Part shown: piece by piece, positions 39,717-40,141 of the stretch
Layout of the letters: each line of letters opens with the position of its first letter
Position numbering within the stretch: position 1 is the first letter of the stretch
DNA from: Elainellaceae cyanobacterium
Lineage (GTDB): Bacteria > Cyanobacteriota > Cyanobacteriia > CAZCXK01
DNA length: 40,141 nt
Direction: 5' to 3'
Assembly (NCBI GenBank): GCA_051117555.1
Contig: JBNPEG010000141.1
Span: forward strand, 1 to 40,141
Program-made: the position numbers and the translations under genes
The notes under the pieces: model-generated
Told to the model about the DNA's origin: nothing
Databases searched by the model: none
Seen by the model: only the letters and a program-made list of their open reading frames with translations

Positions 39717-39964
39717 TTGGAGTTTAGACTAAATCTATTCAAATTTGAGTACTGATCCGACGATTCCTCGTCATTTAGGGCTTCACTGAGAGAAGTTTTC
39801 GTATTTATTAAGGAGTTCGAGTCATTGCATCTGTCCACCAAAAAACCTAATAAATACGAAATGATGACTAGAGAGTCCTGTGTCGAAAGCTGTATAGCTT
39901 GAAATTTAACGCTTTTGGCATTGTACTCCTTGGTAGAGATGCTTCAACTTAGTCTAAACTCCAG
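39717..39964. mobile_element. MITE-like / internally deleted IS, 248 bp
   Basis: 15-bp terminal inverted repeats tggagtttagactaa (39718-39732) and ttagtctaaactcca (39949-39963); direct repeats TTATGA at 39711-39716 and 39965-39970. Confidence 0.75.
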
Positions 39965-40141
39965 TTATGATAATGATTGATTTAATTAATCTGATAGCCC
40001 ATGCATACACCTTCGGAAAGTGTTTTGAGGTTCAGCAGCGGTGCTACACTACTTCTTAATAAACTTAAGTTCCCTGGTTTTGAATACATTTAGAGCTAAG
40101 TCATTGAGGTGCTGAGCACGATAGCGATTTAACCTGAATAG

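Overview
Cyanobacterial chromosomal window, judged from dense HIP1 GCGATCGC octamers, NtcA boxes and HetF, Hik2, Ycf66 and DUF3155 homologs; probably a filamentous lineage (inference). Most of it is housekeeping and nitrogen metabolism: CnoX-like thioredoxin, SDR, LEVG-type PEP-CTERM protein, ROK kinase, ppc, TPP riboswitch plus thiC, ureEFG and urtABCDE, hik2, a CNNM/HlyC protein, an EVE protein, hetF and ddl. The most unusual items are: (i) a four-gene minus-strand cassette of a Thr-type sulfatase-like protein, an atypical Lgt, a GNAT and an NPP-type hydrolase; (ii) a ~400-bp degenerate 21-bp tandem array with an ATC-N6-GAT dyad per unit and no intact frame; (iii) a candidate Yfr1-like sRNA downstream of DUF3155; (iv) the right end of an IS110/IS621-like element ending in ACAGTATCT inside a dispersed repeat; (v) a decayed secreted acetamidase/formamidase gene that keeps a well-spaced NtcA promoter; and (vi) two MITE-like insertions with target duplications plus several families of nested small repeats. 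All product calls come from motif recognition by eye; no searches were run.
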